NCBI GenBank assembly: GCA_024408075.1
Contig: JAKSVK010000002.1
Coordinates: 19,676 to 83,675, forward strand
DNA from: Bacilli bacterium
Lineage (GTDB): Bacteria; Bacillota_I; Bacilli_A; RFN20; CAG-826
Direction of reading: 5' to 3'
Length of the DNA stretch: 64,000 nucleotides
Shown one piece after another: positions 13,149 through 22,877 of this stretch (within the stretch, counting starts at the first letter, position 1; each line of letters starts with the position of its first letter). Made by a program: the position numbers and the translations under genes. The notes below the pieces were generated by a model, which ran no database searches, was not told the origin of the DNA, and saw only the letters and a program-made list of their open reading frames with translations.

Positions 13149-14162
13149 TCAAAACTTATTCCATTCCTCTATTGACCAGTTTGGGTCTGCTCCGATAGAT
13201 AAAGGTGCAAAAATCTTTAGTTGATAAAGTTTTTCAGCAACCTTTGCAATCATTGATGCATTATCAGTGCAGCACCACATTGGTGGAATATTTATATCTA
13301 CATTCATTTCATTCATTGCATTGGTCATTTCACTTCTTAAATAAGAATTAGCAGAAACTCCACCAGCAAGAATTACTTGTTTTATATCATATTGTTTAAC
13401 AACTTTTTTAGTACGATCAATAACTAAAGAAACAGCAACATCTTGGAACGATTTGCACATATCAGCAACATTAACTTTTTCACCTTTTTGTTCTAAATTA
13501 TGAACTAAGTTAATAACATTAGTTTTTAATCCTGAATAAGATAAATCTAATGTCTTTTCACCTTTTAAAGGTGTAGGCAAATTATATGTATGTTTTCCTT
13601 CTTTAGCTAATTTATCAATTGGAATTCCTCCAGGATAAGGCAAACCAAGTACTCTAGCCACTTTGTCATAGCACTCTCCAATTGCATCATCTCTAGTTTC
13701 TGCTACTACTTTAAAGTCTAAATGATTTTTCATTAAAACTAATTCGGTATTTCCTCCCGAAACAACAACTGCTAAAAGAGGGAATTTAAGTTCACTTACA
13801 TATTCATTAGCGTAAATATGACCAGCTAAATGATGGACAGGAATTAAAGGAATTTTATATAACATCGCAATAGTTTTAGCAGCTTGAAGTCCAACATGAA
13901 GAGCACCAATTAAACCAGGTCCTCGAGTGACTGCAACTGCATTTAAATCTTCAAATTTACAGTTAGCTGTTTCCATTGCTTCTTTTATAACTATTGAAAT
14001 ATTTTCAGCATGTAATCTAGAAGCAATTTCTGGCATAACACCACCATACTTACGATGTACTTCAATTTGTGTAGAAACTACATTCGAAAGAAGCTTGCCG
14101 TTTTCAATAACACTAGCAGCTGTTTCATCACAACTTGACTCAATCGCTAAAATTTTAGACAT
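13149..14162 (-). CDS. tsaD: tRNA N6-adenosine threonylcarbamoyltransferase
   Basis: 337 aa, Kae1/TsaD-like (ILAIESSCDETA, HHLAGH). It is the last gene of the tsaE-tsaB-rimI-tsaD operon. Confidence 0.9.
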   Translation of the reverse strand: MSKILAIESSCDETAASVIENGKLLSNVVSTQIEVHRKYGGVMPEIASRLHAENISIVIKEAMETANCKFEDLNAVAVTRGPGLIGALHVGLQAAKTIAMLYKIPLIPVHHLAGHIYANEYVSELKFPLLAVVVSGGNTELVLMKNHLDFKVVAETRDDAIGECYDKVARVLGLPYPGGIPIDKLAKEGKHTYNLPTPLKGEKTLDLSYSGLKTNVINLVHNLEQKGEKVNVADMCKSFQDVAVSLVIDRTKKVVKQYDIKQVILAGGVSANSYLRSEMTNAMNEMNVDINIPPMWCCTDNASMIAKVAEKLYQLKIFAPLSIGADPNWSIEEWNKF

Positions 14163-14631
14163 TATTATTTACCTCTAAAATCATATACAAAGCATCTTCA
14201 CCATCAGAGTAATAATTAGGTTTAATGTGAGATACCTTAAATCCGTTTTTTTCATAAAATTTTATAGCAAATCCGTTACTTTTTCTTACTTCTAGAGTTA
14301 AAGTAACAATTTTTTTAGCCATACAATCTGAGATGATTTCATCCATCATTGCAGTCCCTAATTGTCTATGTTGTAATGATGGGTGAACTGCAATTTTTGC
14401 AATTGTTCCTGAATTAAATGTATGCCAATAATCACAAAATCCAACAACTGCTGGTTGTGCATTTTTTGCACTTAATTCAACAACCCAAACTTCACTAACT
14501 GGATTATCATTTAATTCATATAAAAAATCATGTTCTTTCCAAGGAGAGTTGAAACACAAGTTTTCAATTTCTAATACACTCGGTAAATCTTTTACAGTCA
14601 TTGGTCTAACTTCTACGTTTAAAAATTCCAT
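14155..14631 (-). CDS. rimI: ribosomal-protein-alanine N-acetyltransferase (GNAT)
   Basis: 158 aa GNAT fold (HRQLGTAMMDEI). Its position between tsaB and tsaD matches other Bacillota. Confidence 0.8.
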   Translation of the reverse strand: MEFLNVEVRPMTVKDLPSVLEIENLCFNSPWKEHDFLYELNDNPVSEVWVVELSAKNAQPAVVGFCDYWHTFNSGTIAKIAVHPSLQHRQLGTAMMDEIISDCMAKKIVTLTLEVRKSNGFAIKFYEKNGFKVSHIKPNYYSDGEDALYMILEVNNNV

Positions 14632-14632
14632 A

Positions 14633-15217
14633 TTAGTCCTTCATGTAAATAGGCTTTAAGCCAAGTGAATCATCCATTGGTTTTAAGAATGGTTTTAAAG
14701 ATATCATTTGTTTACAAATGTTATTATCTACATTATCAAAACCTAAATATCTAGCATCACCACAAATAATATAGTCAGGATGCTTATTTATATAATCTTT
14801 TACTTCATCATTACTTTTAATACAATCATCAACAATAATTTCGTCGCCTTTAAAAACACCAAAATATGATCTCTCACTACGTGCATTTATTAAACATATT
14901 GATGGAAGATCATTAGATTTAAGTACTCTTAAAGAAGAAACTGGATAAACAGGAACATTAAGTGCTAAAGCAGAAACTTTCGCAATAGTTAAAGCAATTC
15001 TTACTCCTGTATAACTGCCAGGTCCAATTGAAACGATAATTGAGTCAATTTCATTTCTTGAAATAGAATATTTTTTCATTAATTTATCAATCTCTGGAAT
15101 CATATATTCTGATTGAGTTTGCCATGCTTCATAAGAAGTAGAACAAACTAATTCATTTTCTTTAGAAAATCCTACAGTTAAAAAACTTGAAGAAGAATCT
15201 AATAATAACGAGTACAT
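14633..15217 (-). CDS. tsaB: tRNA threonylcarbamoyladenosine biosynthesis protein TsaB
   Basis: 194 aa with the GPGSYTGVRIAL motif. Confidence 0.85.
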   Translation of the reverse strand: MYSLLLDSSSSFLTVGFSKENELVCSTSYEAWQTQSEYMIPEIDKLMKKYSISRNEIDSIIVSIGPGSYTGVRIALTIAKVSALALNVPVYPVSSLRVLKSNDLPSICLINARSERSYFGVFKGDEIIVDDCIKSNDEVKDYINKHPDYIICGDARYLGFDNVDNNICKQMISLKPFLKPMDDSLGLKPIYMKD

Positions 15218-15663
15218 TAGTCTAGTTCTCCTTTCAAAGTAATATTTCCAGAAACCACTATTTCTCTTTTGTCTTCGCCTAGGTTTGTAATTTTAATTTC
15301 AATATGTTTTTTAGGAATTAGTGATGAAATATACATTGGCCATTCAATTACAGTTATTCCTGTCTCATATCCAATATATTCATCAAGACCAATATCAGAA
15401 TTTACATCTGCAAGCCTGTAGGCATCGATATGAATTAACGGTTTTGTCCCTTTTAGATATATCTTCATAATATTAAATGTTGGTGATTGAACAACTTCTT
15501 TAATATTCAAAGCTTCTGCTAAACCACGAACAAACGTGGTCTTACCAGCTCCTAAATCACCAAGTAAACAAATAACTGTCCCATCTGGTATTAGTGAAGA
15601 CAGTTTTTTAGCAAATTCCTTAGTTCCATGTTCGCTAGTAGAAATAATATTTATATCAGTCAT
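15217..15663 (-). CDS. tsaE: tRNA threonylcarbamoyladenosine biosynthesis ATPase TsaE
   Basis: 148 aa with Walker A GDLGAGKTTFVRG. Confidence 0.85.
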   Translation of the reverse strand: MTDINIISTSEHGTKEFAKKLSSLIPDGTVICLLGDLGAGKTTFVRGLAEALNIKEVVQSPTFNIMKIYLKGTKPLIHIDAYRLADVNSDIGLDEYIGYETGITVIEWPMYISSLIPKKHIEIKITNLGEDKREIVVSGNITLKGELD

Positions 15664-16192
15664 GTAGTTTGGTCACCAAGGAAAGAAATTTATTGTAGTA
15701 AGATTTAATTCTCTCATCAATAAATGGGAAAACTCTCTCTTTCATCTTTTTCACAATTTCTTTAGTTTGATATTTTAAAACTTCATCTAATTCATTGCTG
15801 TAATGATAAAGTTGTTTATGTTTTAGATATTCTTTTTCATCTAAGATTTTAATCTCGTTGTCAGGAAATAATTTGGCATCTAAATCATAATCTATATATC
15901 TAATATTTGTATTGTTAACAATACAAGGTGATGCAATATTACAGTAATAACATATGCCGTCTTCTTTGAACATGCATATGACATTCCACCATTCTTTCTT
16001 TGAAAAAATAGTCACTGCAGGTTCACGAGTAAACCATTTTCTGCCATTATTTTCGACAACTTTAGCTTTTTTAGTTGCAACAACTACAAAATCTTCATTA
16101 TTAGCAAGCACTAAACCACGGTCCCAACATCTATGAATAGAACCGTCGTGTTTATAACAATTAATAGCTAACCAATGATTAAAAAGTGACAT
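15656..16192 (-). CDS. DUF402-family nucleoside tri/diphosphatase-like protein
   Basis: YgaC/Ntdp-like sequence (YKHDGSIHRCW..., IDYDLD). The start is set at ATG 16192, preceded by AGGAAAA; the track start at 16207 is a TTG. Confidence 0.65.
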   Translation of the reverse strand: MSLFNHWLAINCYKHDGSIHRCWDRGLVLANNEDFVVVATKKAKVVENNGRKWFTREPAVTIFSKKEWWNVICMFKEDGICYYCNIASPCIVNNTNIRYIDYDLDAKLFPDNEIKILDEKEYLKHKQLYHYSNELDEVLKYQTKEIVKKMKERVFPFIDERIKSYYNKFLSLVTKLHD

Positions 16193-16193
16193 T

Positions 16194-17162
16194 TTATTTT
16201 CCTGCAATTAATTCAAACATATCTTTGATATCGCCTTTTAAAGTAGCGTAACTATTCAAATCAATAGCCTTATCAAAAGGAATTGCTACAATCGAGTCAT
16301 CATAACTCATATATGCAATCGTATGTCCTGGCCAAAAAACGATATTTAAATTTAATAAAGGTTCAACACATTTAATACGTTCTAAAGACTTAAAAATTCC
16401 TTTTCCTAAATCTTTTTCAATATTTCCATTTGAAGGTCCATAAATAGTCAAACCATTTTCATCTTTTAACAAAGTTAAATCTTCAATATCAGTAGGTAAA
16501 TCAGTAGGATTTGATCCTTTTATGTTAATGATATAACGATCTTGGAAATGTAAATTATTCATCATTTCAAGTCTTCTACCAACAAAAATTACTTCTTTAG
16601 AACGTTTTCTTTCGCCTGCTTTATAGTAAGCAAGTTCACCAAAGGTAAATGGTTGTCCATTATAGTTACCAAAAACAATATTTCTGCTAGCAGAATCAAT
16701 AACATCTTTATAAACTCGATCAGCAAGAACATCACTGATTACATATTTTTTATCTGTATCTATTTGGCAATCAGTAAACTTACTATCAAAGAACAAATAT
16801 TCATTAGTTGATTTCCAGAAAATTTTAAAATACTTCTTAGAAGCGTCAGGATATTTATTCTTTGTTAATATATAAAAGAGGACCATCCCAACAAAACATA
16901 TTGCTATTAAACACCAGCCAATAATCGTTAAAGCTTTGTTTTTTTGAACAATCATTATAAATGACGCAACAAAACATGTTACCGCAATAGCCATTATAAT
17001 ATTGCTCATTTTTTGAGTTTTTCTATATAAAGTAAATAAACCTTTTCTTTGAGCATCAACAACATCCTGTAGAGGCTGTTGTTCATTGTTTTTTTCTAAA
17101 ATAATAAGCGTAGAATTTTCTTCAACTTTTTTATTATCTTTTTTATTTGATACTTTCTTCAT
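16194..17162 (-). CDS. membrane protein, unknown function (two central TM helices, C-terminal soluble domain)
   Basis: The start is set at ATG 17162 (MKKVSNKK), preceded by GAGG. The longer track ORF (to 17255) runs into the IS inverted repeat and is treated as an artefact. Confidence 0.5.
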   Translation of the reverse strand: MKKVSNKKDNKKVEENSTLIILEKNNEQQPLQDVVDAQRKGLFTLYRKTQKMSNIIMAIAVTCFVASFIMIVQKNKALTIIGWCLIAICFVGMVLFYILTKNKYPDASKKYFKIFWKSTNEYLFFDSKFTDCQIDTDKKYVISDVLADRVYKDVIDSASRNIVFGNYNGQPFTFGELAYYKAGERKRSKEVIFVGRRLEMMNNLHFQDRYIINIKGSNPTDLPTDIEDLTLLKDENGLTIYGPSNGNIEKDLGKGIFKSLERIKCVEPLLNLNIVFWPGHTIAYMSYDDSIVAIPFDKAIDLNSYATLKGDIKDMFELIAGK

Positions 17163-17234
17163 AGGCAACCTCGCACGATACATAATACCATAATTTCTCA
17201 CAGAGTGAGTACAATTATGGATATTTTTTGTAAG

Positions 17235-18621
17235 ATGACAGAATCGTTGCAACAAATTGATTTATAATGATGTCTCCTGCTGCTAGAAAGGAGAAAATTA
17301 TGTCGAAAACGCGATTAAAACTAGATGATCGCATTAATTTACAGGCAGCGATTAATAAAAATTATTCACTTGAAGAATGCTCAGTTCTTCTGAAAAAATC
17401 AAGATCTACAATCTACAGAGAAATAGTTAATAATAGCTATTACAAGCAATGTAGACACAGTTGTTCTCACTGTGCGAACAGCTGCTCAACAAAGAAGCTT
17501 TTTATAAATGGAGAATGTCGAGATTTTCGAGCTTATAAATGCGAAAGATGGAAAAAATTTCCATACACTTGTAATGGGTGTGAGCATTGTCAATTCTGTA
17601 CAAATTTGAAACGTTATTATGATTGTATTGAGGCTGAAGAAACTTCAAAAAGAAACAGAATACAACCTAGAGTTTATTCAAACATTTCAAATGAAGATAT
17701 GCATGCGATGGATGAAGAATTAATTCATGGAATCAGAGACAATGGGCAATCACTTCATCATCTTTATGTTTCAAGCAATTTGCTCCAATTAACGTGTTGC
17801 GAAAGAACTATTCGAAGATATATTTATAAAGGTTATATGACTGTTAAAGCACACGAATTGCCAAGATATGTCAGATATTCGCACAAGTATGATTACACAA
17901 AAAAGAAAATCGTGAATGTTGAAAGGATGTTAGGAAGAACATATTCAGACTTTTTTAACTATGTTAAGGACAAACCTTGGATGAAAGTGTGGGAATATGA
18001 CTCTGTAGTTGGGAAAATCGACGATAAGAAAGCGATTTTAACGATAACTTTCCCTGAAACAAGATTTCAATTTGGTTTATTAATAACTAAAGAAAGTGCA
18101 AGATCTGTTAATGCAAAAATCAGAAATTTACAAGCCAGATTACAAAATTTATATAGCCAAATCTTTGAAGTAAATTTGTCAGATAACGGCGTCGAATTTG
18201 CTAGATTTCATGAACTAGAAGTCGATGAATATGGAGAATTTATCGCAAAAGTCTTCTTTACAAATCCGTATAAAGCAACTGATAAACCACATTGTGAAAG
18301 AAATCATGAATTTATTCGATACATAATTCCAAAAGGTTTAAGTTTGGATTTTCTAACACAAGAAAAGGTTAATTTAATGTTTTCTCATATTAATTCATAT
18401 GTCAGAGCATCGAACAAAAATAAAACTCCTTACGAATTAACTGTTGAGTTGTTCGGAGAGGAGTTCATGAACGCGATTGGTATTAAGCGCATCAACGCGA
18501 AAGATGTTTGTCTTAAACAATCGCTAATTAGGACTAAGAAATAATAGTCCATTAATTTTATAGCAGCAGGAATTGATTTTTGAAACTTATCACAAACAAG
18601 TTGTTGCAATGAGTTAGTCAT
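17235..18621 (+). mobile_element. complete IS30-family-like insertion sequence (~1.39 kb)
   Basis: Terminal imperfect inverted repeats: left ATGACAGAATCGTTGCAACAAATTGATTT (from 17235), and right end reverse-complemented ATGACTAACTCATTGCAACAACTTGTTTG (ends at 18621). They enclose a single transposase ORF. Confidence 0.75.
17300..18544 (+). CDS. IS30-family DDE transposase with Cys-rich insert
   Basis: ATG 17300 is preceded by AGGAG. There is an N-terminal HTH (SRSTIYREI), DDE-type blocks WEYDSVVG / SDNGVEF / PHCERNHEFIRYIIPKG, and the IS30-like C-terminal N-x-R/K-TPYEL block. Confidence 0.75.
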   Translation: MSKTRLKLDDRINLQAAINKNYSLEECSVLLKKSRSTIYREIVNNSYYKQCRHSCSHCANSCSTKKLFINGECRDFRAYKCERWKKFPYTCNGCEHCQFCTNLKRYYDCIEAEETSKRNRIQPRVYSNISNEDMHAMDEELIHGIRDNGQSLHHLYVSSNLLQLTCCERTIRRYIYKGYMTVKAHELPRYVRYSHKYDYTKKKIVNVERMLGRTYSDFFNYVKDKPWMKVWEYDSVVGKIDDKKAILTITFPETRFQFGLLITKESARSVNAKIRNLQARLQNLYSQIFEVNLSDNGVEFARFHELEVDEYGEFIAKVFFTNPYKATDKPHCERNHEFIRYIIPKGLSLDFLTQEKVNLMFSHINSYVRASNKNKTPYELTVELFGEEFMNAIGIKRINAKDVCLKQSLIRTKK

Positions 18622-18824
18622 TATTCAAAGCTCAACTCTTTTTGCTATGGAAACAATATAAAAGAAACGCTGCAAAATTGCAATTTTTGTCAAACTAAAC
18701 GCAACAAATCAGTTGTAAACTTTATCGCTAGTTTAAATTTGCTTATTTTGTTGCATCGACTTTTTCATCTAACATTATGGATATTTTTGCTTATTGAAAA
18801 TTAAAGAAACTATAATTATGATAA

Positions 18825-18945
18825 TTTTGGGAGTTAGGCGAACCTGACTGAGAGGATTCTTCTTCGAATCGACCGTACCTGATCTAGGTAATGCTAGCGG
18901 AGGGAATCGTTTTATTTAACGTCTCTGCTATGCGGAGATTTTTTA
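18825..18945 (+). promoter_or_regulatory. TPP (THI-box) riboswitch with terminator-type expression platform
   Basis: Contains the conserved CTGAGAG and ACCTGATCTAGGTAATGCTAGCGGAGGGAA blocks. A hairpin TCTCTGC-tat-GCGGAGA plus a T-run follows and overlaps the SD (GGAG) of thiT. Confidence 0.85.
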
Positions 18946-19968
18946 ATGAAAAATAAAACCAACATTGTAGAAACGATTACAGAAATTGGGCTATTTGCAG
19001 CACTTGGCTTTGTTCTTGATGAACTACAAGGAATTATTGCAAAAGGTATTTTTGTTAATGGCGGATCTATTGGTTTTGCAATGATTACTGTAGTAATAAT
19101 ATCATTTCGTCGAGGCATTATTCCTGGATTTTTAACTGGAATAATTATTGGATTATTTGATATGGCAACTGGATCTTTTATTATTCATCCAGCACAACCT
19201 TTACTAGATTATATTTTGCCTTATGCATTAGTTAGCATCAGTGCATTATTTGCACAAAATTATAGAAAGAATACTAACAAAAATCTTTGGATTATTATCG
19301 CTGTAACTGTAGGTGGTTTATTTAAATTACTATCTCATTATTTATCAGGCGTTTTATTTTGGGGAAATAGCAATAATTTTGCATGGAATTTATCTTACTT
19401 ATCAGCACCTGTTTATTCCTTAATTTATAATTTTGCATTCATCGGTCCAAGTATTGTAATTTCAATAATCATATTAATTTTAATTAATAAATCGTCACAA
19501 AAGATATTAAATCCAGAAATAAAATTTTATGAAAATGTTGATGACGAAACAGCTTCCAAACAAAACTTAATTTGGCCAATAGCTATTACTACTTTAGGAA
19601 CTGCAAGTTTCGTTTATTTTTTAATTAGATATATAAAAAGCTTTGAAATGTTAACCAATCCTGATAGTAGTATTGAATATGCTTTTAATTCTGATTGTAT
19701 GGTAATGTTTTTAACTGGACTTTCTTTGACAATTATTGGAGTCTGTTATCTTTTGTTTGCTCTTAAGAAAAAAGCAAAAATCAAATCAGTTTGTTATAGT
19801 CTAATAATTGTTGATATTTGCTCATTAATTTATTCACTTTCAAGACTAATAAGAGTTTATCAAAAATCACTCCAAAACTACATATATTGGATATGGTTTA
19901 GTTCATGCATTATTTTATTAGTATTTTTAGTTTTTATAATTTTAAAGAATAAACAAAAGAAAAATTAA
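18946..19968 (+). CDS. thiT: thiamine ECF-transporter S component ThiT fused to an extra C-terminal 4-helix membrane domain
   Basis: Residues 1-180 align by eye with ThiT (ITEIGLFAALGFV, SFRRGIIPGFLTGIIIGLF, LDYILPYALVSISALF, KLLSHYLSGVLFWG). It lies directly behind a TPP riboswitch. The ~160 C-terminal residues are additional. Confidence 0.8.
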   Translation: MKNKTNIVETITEIGLFAALGFVLDELQGIIAKGIFVNGGSIGFAMITVVIISFRRGIIPGFLTGIIIGLFDMATGSFIIHPAQPLLDYILPYALVSISALFAQNYRKNTNKNLWIIIAVTVGGLFKLLSHYLSGVLFWGNSNNFAWNLSYLSAPVYSLIYNFAFIGPSIVISIIILILINKSSQKILNPEIKFYENVDDETASKQNLIWPIAITTLGTASFVYFLIRYIKSFEMLTNPDSSIEYAFNSDCMVMFLTGLSLTIIGVCYLLFALKKKAKIKSVCYSLIIVDICSLIYSLSRLIRVYQKSLQNYIYWIWFSSCIILLVFLVFIILKNKQKKN

Positions 19969-20624
19969 TTTTTTAACCAATTTATAGTTTTTAACCCATT
20001 TTTGCTGAGAAATTCATTGGTTTTTATAAAATGATTACAACCAAACCATCCACCTTTATTAGCACCAAGAGGAGATGGATGAGTAGCATATAAAACCAAA
20101 TGATTTTTATTTGTTAAATACTTGCTATATTGTTGAGCATTATTACCCCATAGCAAGAATACGATTGGTTGATCTAATTCATTTAGCGTTTTTACGATAT
20201 CACTACTTAGCATTTTATATTCTTTTATATTATGAGAAAGTGGTTGATGTTCACGAACAGTAAAAACTGTATTAATTAATAACACGCCTTGCTTACATAA
20301 ATAGGTTAAATCTCCACCTATATTCAACAAAGGTACATTATATTCTTGTTGGATCTCAGAATATATATTTACCAAAGAAGGAGGAAGTTTACATGAATCA
20401 GGAACAGAAAAAGCTAAACCCATTGCTTGTCCAGGTTCATGATATGGATCCTGTCCTATAATAACCACCTTTACTTCATTCATTGGAGTTAGTTCAAAAG
20501 CCTTAAAGAGGTTTTCTCTTTTTGGGTAAATAACATGGTCAGAATATTCTTTATCAAGAAAATTCTTTAGCCTAATCATGTATTCTTCTTTATTAATTTT
20601 GTTAAAAAAATCTTCCCAAGTCAT
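19965..20624 (-). CDS. ung: uracil-DNA glycosylase
   Basis: 219 aa with family-1 UDG motifs VVIIGQDPYH and HPSPL. Confidence 0.9.
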   Translation of the reverse strand: MTWEDFFNKINKEEYMIRLKNFLDKEYSDHVIYPKRENLFKAFELTPMNEVKVVIIGQDPYHEPGQAMGLAFSVPDSCKLPPSLVNIYSEIQQEYNVPLLNIGGDLTYLCKQGVLLINTVFTVREHQPLSHNIKEYKMLSSDIVKTLNELDQPIVFLLWGNNAQQYSKYLTNKNHLVLYATHPSPLGANKGGWFGCNHFIKTNEFLSKNGLKTINWLKN

Positions 20625-20679
20625 AAAATAATCATATCATTTTTCTACAAAAGTAGAAATTATTAGGTATAATTATGCT

Positions 20680-21756
20680 ATGAAAGTTTTGATTGTATTC
20701 AATCATCCAGCACCATATAAAGTTAGAATTTTTAATGAACTTTCTAAGTTTGTTGATTTAACTGTTATATTTGAAAGAACAAAAGCTAAGGATAGGCCAG
20801 ATATTTTCTATAATTGCAATGACTATCAATTTAAAACTATTTTTGTCAAACATGGTTATGTCGGAAACGAAGGAAGCATATCAAGCGCTGTTAAAAAATA
20901 TCTTAAAAAGAATGCAAAACAATTTGATCAAATCATAATGAATGGCTATTCTCATTGGTCAGAAATCAAAGCTATTAAATATTTAAACAAACAAAAAATC
21001 CCATATACACTTTTAATCAATGGCGGAATCATAAATAAAGATGAATCTTCATTTAAGAGAAAATATAAAACCAAAATTATTTCAACCGCCTCTAAATATA
21101 TGTCTCCATCACAAGAATCTACTAACTATCTAATGTACTATGGAGCCAAAAAAGAAAATATAAAACAATATCCTTATAGTAATCTTTCAACAAATGATAT
21201 TAAAAAAGAAAATGTTGATAAGAACTTAATTCGTAGAAAGTATAGTTTACCTGAAAATGGGAAAATTTTTGTTAATGCATCTCAGTTTATTACAAGGAAA
21301 AATAACTTAGAGTTAATTAAGAATTTTGAAAAACGCAAAGACTATCTTTTATTAATCGGACAAGGCCCAGAACTTTCTATTTATGAAAACTACATAAAAG
21401 AAAAGAATCTAAATAACGTAATAATCAGACCTTTTGTAGAGAAAAAAATATTATTTGAAATACTAAGTTGTTGTGATGTTTTTGTTACACTTGCTTTGCA
21501 AGATATATTCGGACACACCACACTTGAAGCTCTTGCAAATGGTTTACCTGTTGTTTCTTCTAACAAAGTTAATAGTTCGCTTGAATATATTAAAAATGGC
21601 GTCAACGGTTATGTTGTTGATTTTGATAATCTAGATAATATCCAAGAGGTTCTTGATAATTCTCTTAAATTAAAAAGAGAAGATGCTATTAATTCATGTC
21701 TAAATAATACATTTGAATCATGTGGAAAGGCTCTCTACGAGATTTTAAAAAAATGA
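20680..21756 (+). CDS. glycosyltransferase family 4 (GT-B)
   Basis: 358 aa with a C-terminal GT1/GT4 block (FGHTTLEALANGLPVVSS). Confidence 0.75.
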   Translation: MKVLIVFNHPAPYKVRIFNELSKFVDLTVIFERTKAKDRPDIFYNCNDYQFKTIFVKHGYVGNEGSISSAVKKYLKKNAKQFDQIIMNGYSHWSEIKAIKYLNKQKIPYTLLINGGIINKDESSFKRKYKTKIISTASKYMSPSQESTNYLMYYGAKKENIKQYPYSNLSTNDIKKENVDKNLIRRKYSLPENGKIFVNASQFITRKNNLELIKNFEKRKDYLLLIGQGPELSIYENYIKEKNLNNVIIRPFVEKKILFEILSCCDVFVTLALQDIFGHTTLEALANGLPVVSSNKVNSSLEYIKNGVNGYVVDFDNLDNIQEVLDNSLKLKREDAINSCLNNTFESCGKALYEILKK

Positions 21757-22877
21757 ATAGGATTATTTATTTGACTACCGCTCAAAGCCAAGAAGATTTT
21801 GCAAACAATCTCTCTTTTTGGAAAGCGGCTCCAAATACATCAAATCAAAACTTCCACAATAAAGTAATTAGAGCCCTAGCTTTAACAAATCAAGTGGATG
21901 TAATTTCAGTCCGACCAATAAATAAAAATTTCGAAAAATCAGTATTAAACAAAGAAACAAAAATTAAAGACAATATTACCTGGCATTATGTAAAGGTTAC
22001 ACAAAGTAAAATACATAAATTGTTGTTCTTAAATAACTCAATAAAAAACACCATCAAAGTTAATAATCAAGACATCATATTAGTTGATACTTTAAACTTA
22101 AGATTATTAAAGTGTGCCAAAACCATATCCAAGCAAAATAATGCAAAAATAATAGGGATTTGCACGGATTCTCCGCAAAATATCTCATTTATTTCTAAAA
22201 ATTATAAAAAGAAATTAATTGATTTAGGAAGAAGTTTAGAGGGCTATGTTTGCTTAACTGAAAAAATAAATTCTCTTTATAATATTCACAAAAAACCATA
22301 TCAAATTATAGATGGTATTAACGAAGAAATTAGTGACTATGGAAAACCTCTAGAACAAGGCAAATATATTTACTTTGGTGGATCACTAATGCATGAGTAT
22401 GGAGTATTTAATTTAATCAAAGCTTTTGAGGAGTTAAATCTCAATGATATAAATCTTGTTATATGTGGACACCACGAACCCGCAGATTTTAAAGAAACCA
22501 TTAAAAATAAAACTAATATTCACTATCTAGGTGTTAAGTCATATAACGAGGTTGCTAACTTAGAACATTATTCACTTATGGCAATAAATCCACGTCCAAT
22601 TAATTTATCAATAGATGAGTATTCTATTCCAAGCAAAACATTAGAATTTATGATGAATGGCGCTTTAACTGTTTGTGTAACAAACAATTTACTAAGTCAC
22701 TACTCAAACTGTTTAATATGGTCGAAAACCGGAAACAAGCAAGATTTAAAAGAAGCAATTTTAAAAGCTTTAGATTCAGCTGTAGATAGAGAGCAAATGA
22801 TAAACTTAGCAAAAGAAAAAGTCCTAAATAGAACTTCCTTTAAACATATTAATAAAACAATCAGCAAATTATTTTAA
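21753..22877 (+). CDS. glycosyltransferase (GT-B, GT4-like)
   Basis: The start is set at ATG 21753, which overlaps the upstream stop as ATGA. The C-terminal half is typical of GT4 enzymes. Confidence 0.6.
   Translation: MNRIIYLTTAQSQEDFANNLSFWKAAPNTSNQNFHNKVIRALALTNQVDVISVRPINKNFEKSVLNKETKIKDNITWHYVKVTQSKIHKLLFLNNSIKNTIKVNNQDIILVDTLNLRLLKCAKTISKQNNAKIIGICTDSPQNISFISKNYKKKLIDLGRSLEGYVCLTEKINSLYNIHKKPYQIIDGINEEISDYGKPLEQGKYIYFGGSLMHEYGVFNLIKAFEELNLNDINLVICGHHEPADFKETIKNKTNIHYLGVKSYNEVANLEHYSLMAINPRPINLSIDEYSIPSKTLEFMMNGALTVCVTNNLLSHYSNCLIWSKTGNKQDLKEAILKALDSAVDREQMINLAKEKVLNRTSFKHINKTISKLF

Noticed and set aside
17163-17255. N-terminal extension of the 16194 gene (MLQRFCHLTKNIHNCTHSVRNYGIMYRARLP...) reaching 17255.
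   Set aside because: The extension reads into the left inverted repeat of the IS (from 17235) and has no SD. The internal ATG 17162 has a GAGG at proper spacing, so the extension is an artefact of the insertion.
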